Below the pieces are notes generated by a model that saw only the letters and a list, made by a program, of their open reading frames with translations, was not told where the DNA came from and ran no database searches. Shown here in pieces: positions 41,621 through 52,931 of a stretch of DNA of 60,405 bases. A program made the position numbers and the translations under genes. The stretch is from the sequence record SRR22947725_163. One strand, given 5' to 3'. Position 1 is the first letter of the stretch; each line of letters starts with the position of its first letter.

Positions 41621-42820
41621 ATGGCAATCAAAGCGTTTTCACGTCCTTTCACACAGCAAGAGTCAATTAGCCAAGAGGCCATTGATGCTGCAGTTGAGGT
41701 CCTTAAGTCTGGCAGACTTCATCGATATAATACCGTTGAAGATGAGCTTTCAGAGGTTTCCCTTTTGGAGCAAGAATATGCTAATTATCAGGGATCAAAA
41801 TACTGTTTAGCATGTGCTTCAGGTGGTTATGCTATGAGTGTTGCCCTTAGAGCTGCGGGCCTTCAGCCTGGGGAGAGTGTTCTCACAAATACCTTTACTC
41901 TTGCGCCTGTTCCTGGCTCAATTTCTAATGCGGGCGGAAAACCAATTTTCATAGAGATTACAAAAGACCTTGTCTTAGATCTAGATGATTTATCTAAGAA
42001 AGCCAATTCAAGTGGTGCACGTTTTTTACTGATTTCTCATATGCGTGGTCACCTCGTTGATATGCATCAGTTAATGAAAATTGTCAATGAAAATAATTTA
42101 ATACTTATTGAGGATTGTGCTCATACTATGGGTGCCCAATGGGGTAAACAAAAGAGCGGTAATTTTGGGCTTGCTGGTTGCTTTAGTACTCAAACCTATA
42201 AGCATTTGAATTCTGGTGAGGGCGGACTCTTGACATCAAATGATGAGGAGTTTATGGCCCGTGCAATAATATATTCTGGGTCCTATATGCTTTATGAAAG
42301 GCATGGGGCCTCTCCAAAGGCAGAGGTATTTGAAAATATTAGGCTTGAAACCCCAAACTATTCAGGGCGAATGGACAATCTCAGGGCCTCCATTCTTAGG
42401 CCGCAACTGGGTAATCTAGATAATAATGTTGAGCGTTGGAATGAGCGCTACCAGTTAGTTGAGAGTAAGTTAAGACAAGTCAGAGGAATTGAGGTTCCAG
42501 TTCGCTTTAAAGAAGAGAGATACGTTGGAAGCTCAATCCAGTTTAGAATTCCAGGAATTTCAAACTCTGAAGCCAAAACGTTTATTGAGAGTAATAAGAA
42601 ACTAGGTGTTGAGCTGAAATGGTTTGGAAATGATGACCCAAATGGGTTTACAAGTAATCATAAGAGCTGGAAATATGTGAGCTCCCAAGAGCTCAAAAAA
42701 TCAGATGAAATCTTGTCTTGTTTATTTGACTTAAGGTTGCCGTTAACGTTTACTCTTGGTGACTGTTCTCATTTGTCAGAGGTTATTATTGAATGCGTGG
42801 GTCAGCTTCTTGATCAGTAG
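41621..42820 (+). CDS. DegT/DnrJ/EryC1/StrS PLP-dependent aminotransferase
   Basis: EDCAH, FSTQTYKH (PLP Lys) and GEGG motifs. Confidence 0.88.
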   Translation: MAIKAFSRPFTQQESISQEAIDAAVEVLKSGRLHRYNTVEDELSEVSLLEQEYANYQGSKYCLACASGGYAMSVALRAAGLQPGESVLTNTFTLAPVPGSISNAGGKPIFIEITKDLVLDLDDLSKKANSSGARFLLISHMRGHLVDMHQLMKIVNENNLILIEDCAHTMGAQWGKQKSGNFGLAGCFSTQTYKHLNSGEGGLLTSNDEEFMARAIIYSGSYMLYERHGASPKAEVFENIRLETPNYSGRMDNLRASILRPQLGNLDNNVERWNERYQLVESKLRQVRGIEVPVRFKEERYVGSSIQFRIPGISNSEAKTFIESNKKLGVELKWFGNDDPNGFTSNHKSWKYVSSQELKKSDEILSCLFDLRLPLTFTLGDCSHLSEVIIECVGQLLDQ

Positions 42821-42831
42821 TTACCGCTTTC

Positions 42832-44082
42832 TTAAAGAGCCATATTGCCTCCAGCAATCCATCCAGAGGTCCATGCGCTTTGAAAGTTGAATCCTCCAGT
42901 GATACCATCAATATCCATAACTTCACCAGAAAAAAATAATCCCGAGCAAATTTTGCTTTCCATCGTTTTTAGATTAATTTCTTTGAGGTTGACTCCGCCG
43001 CATTCGACAAACTCTTCTTTGAATCGACTTTTTCCAAGAATACTGAGTTCACAGTGAATCAAATTTTCTATAATTTGATTTAATTCATTTTTGCTAATTT
43101 CAGACCAATTTTTTTCTTTTGAAATTGAGCATTTAACAAGAAGCTGCAGCCAAAATCTTTTGGTCAGGGCTTTTGGATAGGCATTACCAATTGAGGTTTT
43201 AGTGTTGCTATTTTTAATATCTTTTAGAAGGTTTTCAGCATCACTCAAATTTTCAATGCTTAGCCAATTCACAATAATTTTAGCTTTGTAGTCAGCATGC
43301 ATCATTTCACGTGCAGCCCAGGCTGATAGCTTTAAGAGGGCAGGACCACTCAAGCCCCAGTGGGTGATTAGCAGAGCGCCAGTTTCAGCAAAGGGCTTTG
43401 CATTTTCAATGTTAAGGGTTAGTGTTGCATTAGCAAAAGAGGTGCCGGATAAGTTTTCTAAGACGGGATCGGCAATTTTGAATGTGAAAAGAGATGGAGC
43501 AATTTCTGTTATTGAGTGGCCAAGAGATTTTGCAAGATCGTATCCTAATGGCTTGCTACCAGTAGCAATTAAAACTGAATCAGCTATGAATGACTCATCC
43601 TTATTGATAGATAAAGCTATTTTTCCATTCTGAAGTTTATTTATAGAAGTAACATTTGTTTTATTTTTTAATTTAACTTTGTGTTTATGAGTTTCTTTGA
43701 GAAAGCAGTCAATAATGGTTTCTGAGTTATCTGTTACTGGAAACATGCGCCCGTCACTTTCATGCTTAAGGGCAACTCCACGATTTTCAAACCACTCAAT
43801 GGTACTGGATGCATGAAATTTTTGTAAGGGAGAGAGGAGTTCTTTCTGTCCACGCGGATATTTTAGGCTGAAATCTTTGATATCAAAAAGATGATGAGTT
43901 ACATTGCAGCGACCACCACCTGAAATTCTAACCTTTCTTAAAAAACTTGTGGTTGCTTCAAAGACGCAAATATTAACATCAATATCTTTTTCTTTGGCAA
44001 TTTCAGCGCAGCGAATCGAGGCAAAAATTCCACTTGCACCTCCTCCAATGATTGCGATGGTTTTCTTTTTTGTTGGGCTCAT
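42832..44082 (-). CDS. HI0933/YhiN-family flavoprotein
   Basis: GGGASG, ISGGGRCNVT, GRMFP, THWGLSGP and TGGFNFQ motifs. Confidence 0.9.
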   Translation of the reverse strand: MSPTKKKTIAIIGGGASGIFASIRCAEIAKEKDIDVNICVFEATTSFLRKVRISGGGRCNVTHHLFDIKDFSLKYPRGQKELLSPLQKFHASSTIEWFENRGVALKHESDGRMFPVTDNSETIIDCFLKETHKHKVKLKNKTNVTSINKLQNGKIALSINKDESFIADSVLIATGSKPLGYDLAKSLGHSITEIAPSLFTFKIADPVLENLSGTSFANATLTLNIENAKPFAETGALLITHWGLSGPALLKLSAWAAREMMHADYKAKIIVNWLSIENLSDAENLLKDIKNSNTKTSIGNAYPKALTKRFWLQLLVKCSISKEKNWSEISKNELNQIIENLIHCELSILGKSRFKEEFVECGGVNLKEINLKTMESKICSGLFFSGEVMDIDGITGGFNFQSAWTSGWIAGGNMAL

Positions 44083-44123
44083 TGTAATTGAATATTAATT
44101 TGATGATCCCGGATGTGATTAAT

Positions 44124-44345
44124 TCAGTACCACCTTACCATACCTATAATTCCTGCTGTCGCATAAAAGAATTGAAGAAAGAGAATTCCTTTATGTTGAC
44201 CCAGATATGCCCAATAGCCTATGGAGATGGCTGAAATAAGAAGTAAAAGAAAGCCAGCAAATTCAACGCCAACATTCAACGCCACCATCATCGAATACAA
44301 GATTGCTGTAATCACTCCAAACCATTCAAAAACTTTACTTTTCAT
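44124..44345 (-). CDS. Small hypothetical membrane protein (~3 TM)
   Basis: RBS GAAGG, hydrophobic 73-aa ORF, co-oriented with its neighbours. Confidence 0.7.
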   Translation of the reverse strand: MKSKVFEWFGVITAILYSMMVALNVGVEFAGFLLLLISAISIGYWAYLGQHKGILFLQFFYATAGIIGMVRWY

Positions 44346-44356
44346 AATAACACCTT

Positions 44357-45364
44357 CTAGATTAATTCAGTTGAGACAGCCAGAACTGCAATAGCCAAAA
44401 GAGCAAGTGTTTGCAGAACTAGCAGTGCGATTGATTTACCACCCAATTCCATCATTGATTTTAGGGAAGTTGTTACCCCGAGACCTGCAATCGCGAATAC
44501 TAAGGACCACTGTGAAACACCGGCAAGGAATTCAGAGAGAATTGAGGGTATAAAACCACTACTATTGATCACTAAGCACATTGCAAATGCAAGTGCAAAC
44601 CAAGGGAAGGCTTTAGGGCTGATATTGCTGGTTGCATCGCCTCTTTTCAATAAAATGGCTATCACAATCACAATGATAGGGAGCATTGAGATCCGAAGCA
44701 GTTTAATAAATGTGGCTATATCCCCTGTCTCATTGGATACAGCATAACCAGCACCAACAACTTGAGCAACATCATGAATCGTTGAGCCGATTAGAATTCC
44801 AATTTCAACCTCACTAAACTCAGCCATTGAGAAAAGGATGGGATAGATAATCATTGCGATCGTTGATAAAGAGGTCACACATACAACAACAAACAAGGTG
44901 TCACGATGCCTGTCTTTCCAGTTTGGAAAGACTGAGGCGACAGCAAGTGCAGCAGCAGCACCACAAATTGCAACAGCGCAGGCAGTTAAAAGTGCAAACA
45001 GATGTCGTCTCCCCATCAACCTTGCAATAAGCCAGCTGACGCCAATAGATGAGAGAACTAGAATAGGAACAAACAAAAGAGCGTTTGTTCCAAGCCCTAA
45101 AATTTGATCAAGTGTGACTCTAAAGCCTAATAATGCAACGCCAAAACGCAAAATCTTTTTACTTGAGAATTCAATGCCTGGTGCACAGCGTTCATCACTT
45201 GAGAGAAAGTTAAACGCTATTCCAATGAGAAGAGCAAACAACATCACTGGTGCTTTGTAATGAAGACTCAAAAAGCCAGCCGCGGCAGCAATGGTTCCAA
45301 CAACAATTAGACCCGGCGAAAGAATATTAAGTCGGTTCTGTATGTTGAGTAATGTTGGTTTCAT
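44357..45364 (-). CDS. YeiH/PSE-family putative sulfate/sulfite exporter (TauZ/SuyZ-like)
   Basis: LRFGVALLG, AICGAAA, GSTIHDVAQVV and KLLR motifs. Confidence 0.85.
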   Translation of the reverse strand: MKPTLLNIQNRLNILSPGLIVVGTIAAAAGFLSLHYKAPVMLFALLIGIAFNFLSSDERCAPGIEFSSKKILRFGVALLGFRVTLDQILGLGTNALLFVPILVLSSIGVSWLIARLMGRRHLFALLTACAVAICGAAAALAVASVFPNWKDRHRDTLFVVVCVTSLSTIAMIIYPILFSMAEFSEVEIGILIGSTIHDVAQVVGAGYAVSNETGDIATFIKLLRISMLPIIVIVIAILLKRGDATSNISPKAFPWFALAFAMCLVINSSGFIPSILSEFLAGVSQWSLVFAIAGLGVTTSLKSMMELGGKSIALLVLQTLALLAIAVLAVSTELI

Positions 45365-45375
45365 ATTATCAGACG

Positions 45376-46032
45376 CTATGTCAGATCATTAAAAGATAGG
45401 TTATCTGTTACAAGTATAGCACTGCTGAAATCATTATCCTTTGCAAACGCTCCTGGAAAACCAATACACTTAATTGAGGCTGCTAATGCTGATTGCATAC
45501 TGACTTCAGTGTCCTCAATAGCAACACAATTCTCTGCTTCTAAATTAAGCTCTGAAAGTGCTTTTAGATAGATATCAGGCTTTGGTTTTGTATTTGAAAC
45601 CATTTTGTCGTTACCAATGAAGCTGAAATTACTTCTATTTAATTGTTTCCTAAGTGCTTGAAAGACGGCATCAACATTGTCTTTTGAGGTGCTAGTTACA
45701 AATGCTAGCTTTATACCATTATCAAGCGCTTGGTCTATAAATTTGGCAACGCCAGGGCGAAGCAAGATGCCTCCACCAACCATAAGCTCATCAAAGATTT
45801 TAGTTTTTTCGTCATGAAGTTTTTTTGAATCAACTATAATCCCTTGCTGAGCTGCAAAGTCTTCAATTCTTTGACGACCACCAGATTTTTTAAGTAAATC
45901 TTGATATTGCGCTGGACTCCAATTCCAGTCAAGTCCATTCTCAGAAAATGCTTGATTGAATGCATTTCGTTGAAGCTCTGAAGTTTCAATAAGAGTTCCG
46001 ATTGATCCAAATAAGATTGCTTTGTAATTCAT
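45376..46032 (-). CDS. HAD-IA/CbbY-like protein with non-canonical motif I
   Basis: RPGV, VTST, KPKPDIY and IED motifs present; motif I reads FGSIGTL. Confidence 0.8.
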   Translation of the reverse strand: MNYKAILFGSIGTLIETSELQRNAFNQAFSENGLDWNWSPAQYQDLLKKSGGRQRIEDFAAQQGIIVDSKKLHDEKTKIFDELMVGGGILLRPGVAKFIDQALDNGIKLAFVTSTSKDNVDAVFQALRKQLNRSNFSFIGNDKMVSNTKPKPDIYLKALSELNLEAENCVAIEDTEVSMQSALAASIKCIGFPGAFAKDNDFSSAILVTDNLSFNDLT

Positions 46033-46209
46033 TGTTATGCCCTTAAAAAGTTAAATAGTTCTATACTGGATTATTGCAGTATCTATTATTTAGATAAACA
46101 AAAATGCAGCATTTTAATTAAAAATGCCTTTATCGCAAGATATTATTAGGAGAGATGGGTTTTTAAACTAAAGTACTCTTTACAAATATTTAAGTTAAGA
46201 GACTTTTAT

Positions 46210-46905
46210 TCAAAAGTTATTTTTTTTGATTACAATTTGAATTTGTGCAAGTGCATTCCAAGCAGTCTGATCAACTGGCTTTCCAGATTTTCTATTACTT
46301 TTGACCCAAAAATTATTTCTCAAAAATTGAAAAACAAGTTCAGATAAAAATCTTTTAGCCTTAGTTTTACTATATCTCCATTTGTATATTTTTCTTGATC
46401 CTCTTCCAAGGCGTTTTCCAAGAAGTCCATAATCATAGTTTAAATCTTGAATCTCCGCACTAATTACTGACGAATTGGGAAGATTTTTTGCTAAATCATA
46501 AATATCAAATGAAACAGGAGACCAGCTTTTTTCGGTTTGAAGTCTAAAGGATGCACGATGTCCTTCTCCACAAGTAAAGCTTGGCCATATTTTTTGCTCA
46601 TAGAGGTCTTCATGAGGAACAACAGTCACCATGAAGCCTCCAGGCTTTACTAGTTCCCACCATTCTGAAAAAGCTGCAGGGATATCTCTCATATGCTCTA
46701 GACAATGCGAACTATTAACACAGTCATAAGACTCTTTTTCTTTATATTTAAGAATATGCTGAGCATCTCCATCCTTTAAGTCGAATACTTCAGCATGCTC
46801 AACTACTGGATCATTGCCACCACCAATATCTATGACATTTCCTTGCAGGTAATTTAGAAAAAATTCTTCTTTACGAACTTGGTTAGTTTTTGATGACTCT
46901 TTCAT
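46210..46905 (-). CDS. Class I SAM-dependent methyltransferase-like protein
   Basis: IDIGGG, DGDA, SSHCLEH and VKPGG motifs; AT-rich coding sequence. Confidence 0.8.
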   Translation of the reverse strand: MKESSKTNQVRKEEFFLNYLQGNVIDIGGGNDPVVEHAEVFDLKDGDAQHILKYKEKESYDCVNSSHCLEHMRDIPAAFSEWWELVKPGGFMVTVVPHEDLYEQKIWPSFTCGEGHRASFRLQTEKSWSPVSFDIYDLAKNLPNSSVISAEIQDLNYDYGLLGKRLGRGSRKIYKWRYSKTKAKRFLSELVFQFLRNNFWVKSNRKSGKPVDQTAWNALAQIQIVIKKNNF

Positions 46906-46973
46906 TAATTATATTAATAGATTAATTTTTAAAATAATACCATCTATATTAAAGGATTTTAATATAAGGAGTT

Positions 46974-47323
46974 TGGTGGAGATGGGGGGAATTGAACCCC
47001 CGTCCGAAAACCTTCAGTCAAGAAGTCTACATGCTTAGTAAAGGTCTATTGAGTTAACTTTTTACCACCCGACCCACAGGGATGTAGAAAGCGATTTTAG
47101 ATTGGGTTTTAACCCTATTATCCTAAAATAATAATAGTGGCGAGTCTGTTAGCGACCGTTATCCTAAAAGTACAGACAACTTCTAAGTAACGGTTAGCAT
47201 TATGCTGCTAAAGCGTAGTTGTCTTCGTTTGCAACTATTATTTAAAGAACGTTTTTACGAGCAATCTTTGTCCTCGACATGCATCCTTGAAATCCAACTC
47301 CTCGTCGAAGCCATGTCATCCCC
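46974..47323 (-). ncRNA. ssrA: tmRNA
   Basis: 5' end GGGGATGACATGGCTTCGAC; 3' end GGGGGTTCAATTCCCCCCATCTCCACCA; tag ORF (A)ANEDNYALAA* at 47232-47200; TATAAT at 47339-47334. Confidence 0.97.
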
Positions 47324-47356
47324 AGATGTTCACATTATACGCCTGATTAATTCAAT

Positions 47357-48541
47357 TTAGCTAATTGTCACTCTAGCAAATTTTCTTTTTCCTACTTGGA
47401 ACACTAGGGTGCCTTCATCAGGCACTAAGTCTTTTTCAGTAAGCTTTTCACCATCAATTTTCACAGCACCCTGCTTAATCATTCGAAATGCTTCTGAGGT
47501 TGAACTAACAAGATTAGAGTCTTTTAGGAGGTTGGCAACCTTGATTCCCTTAGAAAAGTTGAATTCATTCATTTCATCTGGAATTTGGTTCTTTGCAAAT
47601 CTATCAATAAAGTTTTGCTGCGCTTTTTTAGCTTGAGCTTCACTATGGAAACGCGTAATGATCTCTTCCGCTAATCGAAATTTAATGTTTCTTGGGTTTT
47701 CACCATCTTTAACTTCTTTTTTCCAGGATTCAATGGTTTCAAGTGATTCAAAGCTTAATAGTTCAAGATAGCGCCACATAAGATCATCTGAAATCGACAT
47801 TATTTTCCCAAACATGCTATCAGGATCTTCATCAATACCAATATAGTTACCTAGTGATTTGCTCATTTTCTGAACACCATCTAGACCTTCTAAAATCGGC
47901 ATAGTCAGGATAACTTGTGGCTCCATATCGGCCTGCTTTTGAAGCTCTCTGCCAACCAAAAGATTAAATTTTTGATCAGATCCGCCTAGCTCGATATCGG
48001 CTCTCAGGGCAACAGAGTCATAGCCCTGAACGAGAGGATATAAAAATTCATGAATCGAAATTGCTTGGCCGCCTTTGTAGCGCTTGGAAAAGTCATCGCG
48101 CTCAAGCATTCTTGCAACGGTCTGTTTTGATGCGAGTGAGATCATTTCTGCTGAGCTCATTTTGCCCATCCACTCAGAGTTAAAGGCAATCCTAGTTTTA
48201 TCCTTATCCAAGATCTTAAAGACTTGATCTTCATAGCTTTTGGCATTTTCAAGGACATCTGCTTTTGTGAGCGGTTTTCGGGTTACATTTTTTCCGGTAG
48301 GATCTCCTATCATGCCTGTAAAGTCACCAATTAAGAAAATAATTTCGTGACCCAGATCTTGAAGCTGCTTCATTTTATTGATGACGACAGTGTGGCCCAG
48401 ATGAAGATCTGGAGCTGTAGGATCCAATCCCAGTTTGATTCTTAAGGGTTTGTTTTTTTTAAGTTTTTTCTTGAGCTCTTCAAGAGGAAGTATTTCATCT
48501 ACTCCTCTTTGAATAATTGCTAGTGTTTCGTCTATTGTCAT
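47357..48541 (-). CDS. tyrS: Tyrosine-tRNA ligase
   Basis: [16 protein letters not shown] and a C-terminal S4 domain. Confidence 0.97.
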   Translation of the reverse strand: MTIDETLAIIQRGVDEILPLEELKKKLKKNKPLRIKLGLDPTAPDLHLGHTVVINKMKQLQDLGHEIIFLIGDFTGMIGDPTGKNVTRKPLTKADVLENAKSYEDQVFKILDKDKTRIAFNSEWMGKMSSAEMISLASKQTVARMLERDDFSKRYKGGQAISIHEFLYPLVQGYDSVALRADIELGGSDQKFNLLVGRELQKQADMEPQVILTMPILEGLDGVQKMSKSLGNYIGIDEDPDSMFGKIMSISDDLMWRYLELLSFESLETIESWKKEVKDGENPRNIKFRLAEEIITRFHSEAQAKKAQQNFIDRFAKNQIPDEMNEFNFSKGIKVANLLKDSNLVSSTSEAFRMIKQGAVKIDGEKLTEKDLVPDEGTLVFQVGKRKFARVTIS

Positions 48542-48553
48542 TTTAACTGCTCT

Positions 48554-49813
48554 CTATGGCCTTATTTGTCCGTCACCCATGACGATGTATTTTTGTGAAG
48601 TGAGTCCTTCTAGTCCCACTGGACCTCTGACATGGAATTTACCAGTGCTGATACCTATTTCAGCACCAAAACCATACTCAAATCCATCTGCAAAGCCTGT
48701 TGATGCGTTAACCATAACAGAGGATGAGTCAACTTCGGATAGGAATTTTTTTGAATTGGCATCATTTTCAGTCACAATTGCATCGGTATGGGCAGACCCA
48801 TATGTATTAATGTGAGATATGGCCTCGTCGACTGACTCAACAATCTTCATTGAAAGAATTGGCGCTAAATACTCTTCACTCCAGTCATCCTCAGTCGCTT
48901 TTTTGATAACCTTTGATAGCGCCTGAGATTTTTCACATCCCCTAATTTCAACTTCTTTTTCAATAAAAAGATCGATTAATTTTGATAGGGCTTCGGAGTC
49001 AAAATCTTTATGAACGAGAAGCGTCTCAGTGGCATTACATACTCCATATCGTCTGGTTTTACCATTAAAGGCGATATCAACTCCTTTTTGAGCGTTTGCA
49101 TCTTTGTCTAAATAGGTATGACAGACTCCGTCTAAGTGCTTGATAACAGGAACTCTAGCATTTTTACTAATATTTTTGATGAGACCTTTGCCGCCTCTTG
49201 GTATAATTGCATCGACATAATCACTTGCACTGACAAGCTCAGTGACTGCTTCGCGATCAGTCACCTTAATCAGTTGTACTGAGTTCGGATCAAGTCCTGT
49301 CTCTTCGAGACCTCTCTCGATGCAAGAATAAAAAGCTATGTTTGAGTTGATTGCCTCAGAGCCACCCCTGAGTATGATGGCATTGCCAGATTTAATACAC
49401 AGTCCTGCAGCGTCTACTGTGACGTTTGGACGAGACTCATAAATCATCCCTATGACGCCCAAAGGAACCATCATTTTTCCAATTTTGATGCCGCTTGGCC
49501 TCTCCTTAAAGTCAGAGATTTGGCCTATTGGATCAACCAAGGATGAGATTTGATGAAGTCCTTCAACGACGCTATCAAGCCTCTCATCATTAAGCATGAG
49601 CCGATCTAAAAGCGCATCATCAATGCCATTGTCCTTGGCAGCTTTTAAGTCTGAGTCATTAGCATCTAAGATAAATTGTTTGTTCTGTTGGATTTGACTG
49701 GCAATACTGATTAATGCATTATTTTTTTGATCAGTGCTGGCAATTCTTAAAGTCTCAGAGGCTGACCTAGCCTTCTGACCAATTGTTTTAATTAATTCAG
49801 CTATTGAGCCCAT
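48554..49813 (-). CDS. proA: Gamma-glutamyl phosphate reductase
   Basis: [24 protein letters not shown] and GAEIGIST motifs. Confidence 0.97.
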   Translation of the reverse strand: MGSIAELIKTIGQKARSASETLRIASTDQKNNALISIASQIQQNKQFILDANDSDLKAAKDNGIDDALLDRLMLNDERLDSVVEGLHQISSLVDPIGQISDFKERPSGIKIGKMMVPLGVIGMIYESRPNVTVDAAGLCIKSGNAIILRGGSEAINSNIAFYSCIERGLEETGLDPNSVQLIKVTDREAVTELVSASDYVDAIIPRGGKGLIKNISKNARVPVIKHLDGVCHTYLDKDANAQKGVDIAFNGKTRRYGVCNATETLLVHKDFDSEALSKLIDLFIEKEVEIRGCEKSQALSKVIKKATEDDWSEEYLAPILSMKIVESVDEAISHINTYGSAHTDAIVTENDANSKKFLSEVDSSSVMVNASTGFADGFEYGFGAEIGISTGKFHVRGPVGLEGLTSQKYIVMGDGQIRP

Positions 49814-50819
49814 TGCTTTTTCCTGATAAAGAAGTAACTACGCTTTGTAGTTCATCATAAACGTTTAGATTATCCATACCTTTAAGAGAGCGGTCAATAC
49901 GACCTAGAGTTAGAAGGAGTTTTTGAAGCTTCTGGTAACTATGCTTTTTGAGCGCATTCGATATTAAAGGCTTTCTTTTTTGCCAGACCCGATGATTATT
50001 AAGAACAGTTTCAATGGTCTGGTTGGTTTTGAGTTCAATAGCCATCGTCACTAAGTTTTTAATTTCTCGGTACAGCGATGAGATCAGAATGACTGGCGGG
50101 GTCGCATCTTCGACAAGTGATTTAAAAATTTTGTTTACTTTTTCGCTGTCACCTTGAAGGGCTGAGTCGATCATTCCAAAAACTGAATACTGAGATTGCT
50201 GATCAATCTGATTCAAGTATTCCTGTAGCTTGATATTGCCATCAGGGTATGCAATTTTAAGTTTTTGAATCTCCTGCATAGTGGCTAAAAGATTTCCTTC
50301 GGTGCAGTAAGCTATAGCATTGGCAACATCATGATTAGAATTTAAACCGAGTTGCGACATGTTAGTTGAAATCCAGCCTACAAGTTGATTGCTTTGAACT
50401 TCCCAGTGCTGTATGACAATTCCATTACTATCAAGTGACTTAAACCATTTACTTTTTTGCTGAGCCATATCTAATTTTCCAGAGGAAATTAATAGCAAAA
50501 TATCATCTGGCAAACGTTCAGCGAGCTCTGTGAGTGCTTTAGACCCTTTCACTCCAATTTTTCCAGTTGTGAGGCGGCACTCAATAATCCTTTTTTCAGC
50601 AAACAAAGACGGGCTTGAAATTAAACTAAATATTAAATCCCAAGAAAAGTTGCCATCAATATCAAATCTAAAACGTTCACTATATCCATTTATCTTTGCT
50701 GACTCCTTAATTAATGACAAAGACTGCTCCACTAGGAGTATTTCTGCTCCAAATGCGAAATAAATTGAAGCAAGTTGATTTGAAAGGTTATTTTGAAGCT
50801 GTTCAGGTTTAATATTCAT
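49797..50819 (-). CDS. holA: DNA polymerase III delta subunit
   Basis: [25 protein letters not shown] and VWQKR motifs. Confidence 0.9.
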   Translation of the reverse strand: MNIKPEQLQNNLSNQLASIYFAFGAEILLVEQSLSLIKESAKINGYSERFRFDIDGNFSWDLIFSLISSPSLFAEKRIIECRLTTGKIGVKGSKALTELAERLPDDILLLISSGKLDMAQQKSKWFKSLDSNGIVIQHWEVQSNQLVGWISTNMSQLGLNSNHDVANAIAYCTEGNLLATMQEIQKLKIAYPDGNIKLQEYLNQIDQQSQYSVFGMIDSALQGDSEKVNKIFKSLVEDATPPVILISSLYREIKNLVTMAIELKTNQTIETVLNNHRVWQKRKPLISNALKKHSYQKLQKLLLTLGRIDRSLKGMDNLNVYDELQSVVTSLSGKSNGLNS

Positions 50820-50913
50820 TTGGCATTCTAAAGTTGTACTGGCTTCATATCCAGAACCAGAGTATGTATACCCACATTCATTATGTCATAGTTATAAAAA
50901 ATATTGATTAAAC

Positions 50914-50940
50914 CTTGAAAAATGCCATCAAACACTATAT
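50914..50940 (+). promoter_or_regulatory. Possible sigma32-type promoter of ftsH
   Basis: CTTGAA-13 nt-CACTATAT versus consensus CTTGAA-N13-15-CCCCATNT; the -10 element is imperfect. Confidence 0.3.
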
Positions 50941-50993
50941 ATAAAAAACAATAGGGTATATTTACCTTTCTAATTTAGGATAAATTTAAGTTT

Positions 50994-52919
50994 ATGTATA
51001 AGAATATTTTACTATGGTTGGTCCTTGGAAGTGTGCTTGCATCGCTTTTTGGGCAATTTAATGCATCTGATGAAAAGAACGAGATTAGTTACTCTCAATT
51101 CATTCAAAGTGTCAAGCAAGGAAGCGTCTCAAGCGTTAAGATTGCAGGTAGCAATATCAGCGGTGTAACCGCACTTGGTGAAAGGTTTGAAACATATAGC
51201 CCTGGCGATCTTGGACTGATGGGCGACTTATTAAATAACGGCGTTTCAGTTGAGGCAACTCCTCCTGCAAAAGAAAGCTTTGTCAAACAGTTAATTATTT
51301 CGTTGGCTCCTATCCTGCTTCTTATTGGTGTCATCATGTATACGATGAGAGGTGCAGGTGGATCAATGGGTGGTAAAAACCCAATGTCTTTTGGTAAATC
51401 AAAAGCCCGTCTAATCACGAAGGATGAGTCTCATGTCACTTTTGATGATGTTGCTGGTGTTGATGAGGCTAAAGAAGAGGTTGGAGAGCTCGTCGATTTT
51501 CTGTCAGACCCTAGTAAGTTCACCAAGGTGGGTGGTAAGATTCCTAAGGGTGTTCTTATGGTTGGTCCTCCAGGTACAGGTAAAACACTTTTGGCGAAAG
51601 CAGTTGCAGGTGAGGCGGATGTTCCATTCTTTTTCATTTCTGGATCAGATTTTGTAGAAATGTTTGTGGGCGTTGGTGCTTCTCGAGTAAGAGATATGTT
51701 TGATCAAGCAAAGAAAAATGCTCCTTGCATTATATTTATTGATGAGATTGATGCTGTAGGTCGTCAGCGTGGCGCTGGTATGGGTGGTGGTCATGATGAA
51801 CGTGAGCAGACACTTAATCAAATGCTAGTTGAAATGGATGGATTTGAAGGTTCAGAAGGCATCATTGTGGTTGCTGCAACTAACCGACCTGACGTTCTTG
51901 ATCCTGCACTTTTAAGACCTGGTAGATTTGACAGAACGGTGACTGTTGGGCTTCCTGACATTAATGGACGCGATGCCATCTTGAAAGTACACATGAGAAA
52001 ACTGCCTATTGCAAAAAATGTCAAGTCGATGGATATTGCTAGAGGAACGCCTGGTTTTTCTGGTGCAGACCTTGCTAATCTAGCTAATGAAGCAGCGCTC
52101 ATTGCTGCTCGATTCAGTAAAAAGCTTGTTGGTATGAGAGAATTTGAAAAGGCTAAAGATAAAATTATGATGGGCGCTGAGCGAAAAGGTATGGTGATGG
52201 ATGCTTCTGAAAAAGAAATGACAGCATACCATGAGGCTGGCCACGCCATTGTGGGCCGTTTAATGCCAGAGCATGACCCTGTTTACAAGGTCAGTATCAT
52301 TCCGAGAGGAAGGGCACTTGGTGTTACGATGTTTCTTCCTGAAAAAGATAGCTATAGTATCTCAAAGCGCAAACTTAATTCGCAGGTGGCCTCTTTGTTT
52401 GGTGGGCGAATTGCTGAAGAGGTTGTGTATGGTGAGGACGCTGTCACTACAGGTGCAAGTAACGATATTGAGCGTGCTACTGAAATAGCTCACAAGATGG
52501 TTAAGCTTTGGGGTATGTCCAGTGTAATGGGGCCAATGGCTTATGGTGAAGATGAGGGTGAAGTCTTTTTGGGACGCCAGGTTACAAAGCATAAACATAT
52601 TTCGGATGAAACGTTTACCAAGGTAGATAGTGAAATACGAAAGATTATTGATAGAAACTACTCAACAGCCTATAAGATCATTGAGGAAAACAGAGATATT
52701 TTGGACGCAATGGCTGCAGCCCTTGTTGAATTTGAAACGATTGATACAAGTCAAATAGATGATTTAATGGCAAGAGTTCCTATGAGGGAGCCAGCAGATG
52801 TTGTTGATTCTGAAGAGGTTTCTTCGGAACTTGGGACTGGAGGTAAAGATTCAAAAAGCTCTAAATCTTCATCAGACACTAAAACTGATGCAGATGGCGG
52901 TACTGAGCAGTTTGCATAA
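50994..52919 (+). CDS. ftsH: ATP-dependent zinc metalloprotease FtsH
   Basis: Two TMs, [16 protein letters not shown] and HEAGH motifs. Confidence 0.98.
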   Translation: MYKNILLWLVLGSVLASLFGQFNASDEKNEISYSQFIQSVKQGSVSSVKIAGSNISGVTALGERFETYSPGDLGLMGDLLNNGVSVEATPPAKESFVKQLIISLAPILLLIGVIMYTMRGAGGSMGGKNPMSFGKSKARLITKDESHVTFDDVAGVDEAKEEVGELVDFLSDPSKFTKVGGKIPKGVLMVGPPGTGKTLLAKAVAGEADVPFFFISGSDFVEMFVGVGASRVRDMFDQAKKNAPCIIFIDEIDAVGRQRGAGMGGGHDEREQTLNQMLVEMDGFEGSEGIIVVAATNRPDVLDPALLRPGRFDRTVTVGLPDINGRDAILKVHMRKLPIAKNVKSMDIARGTPGFSGADLANLANEAALIAARFSKKLVGMREFEKAKDKIMMGAERKGMVMDASEKEMTAYHEAGHAIVGRLMPEHDPVYKVSIIPRGRALGVTMFLPEKDSYSISKRKLNSQVASLFGGRIAEEVVYGEDAVTTGASNDIERATEIAHKMVKLWGMSSVMGPMAYGEDEGEVFLGRQVTKHKHISDETFTKVDSEIRKIIDRNYSTAYKIIEENRDILDAMAAALVEFETIDTSQIDDLMARVPMREPADVVDSEEVSSELGTGGKDSKSSKSSSDTKTDADGGTEQFA

Positions 52920-52931
52920 TTTATCCTCGCT

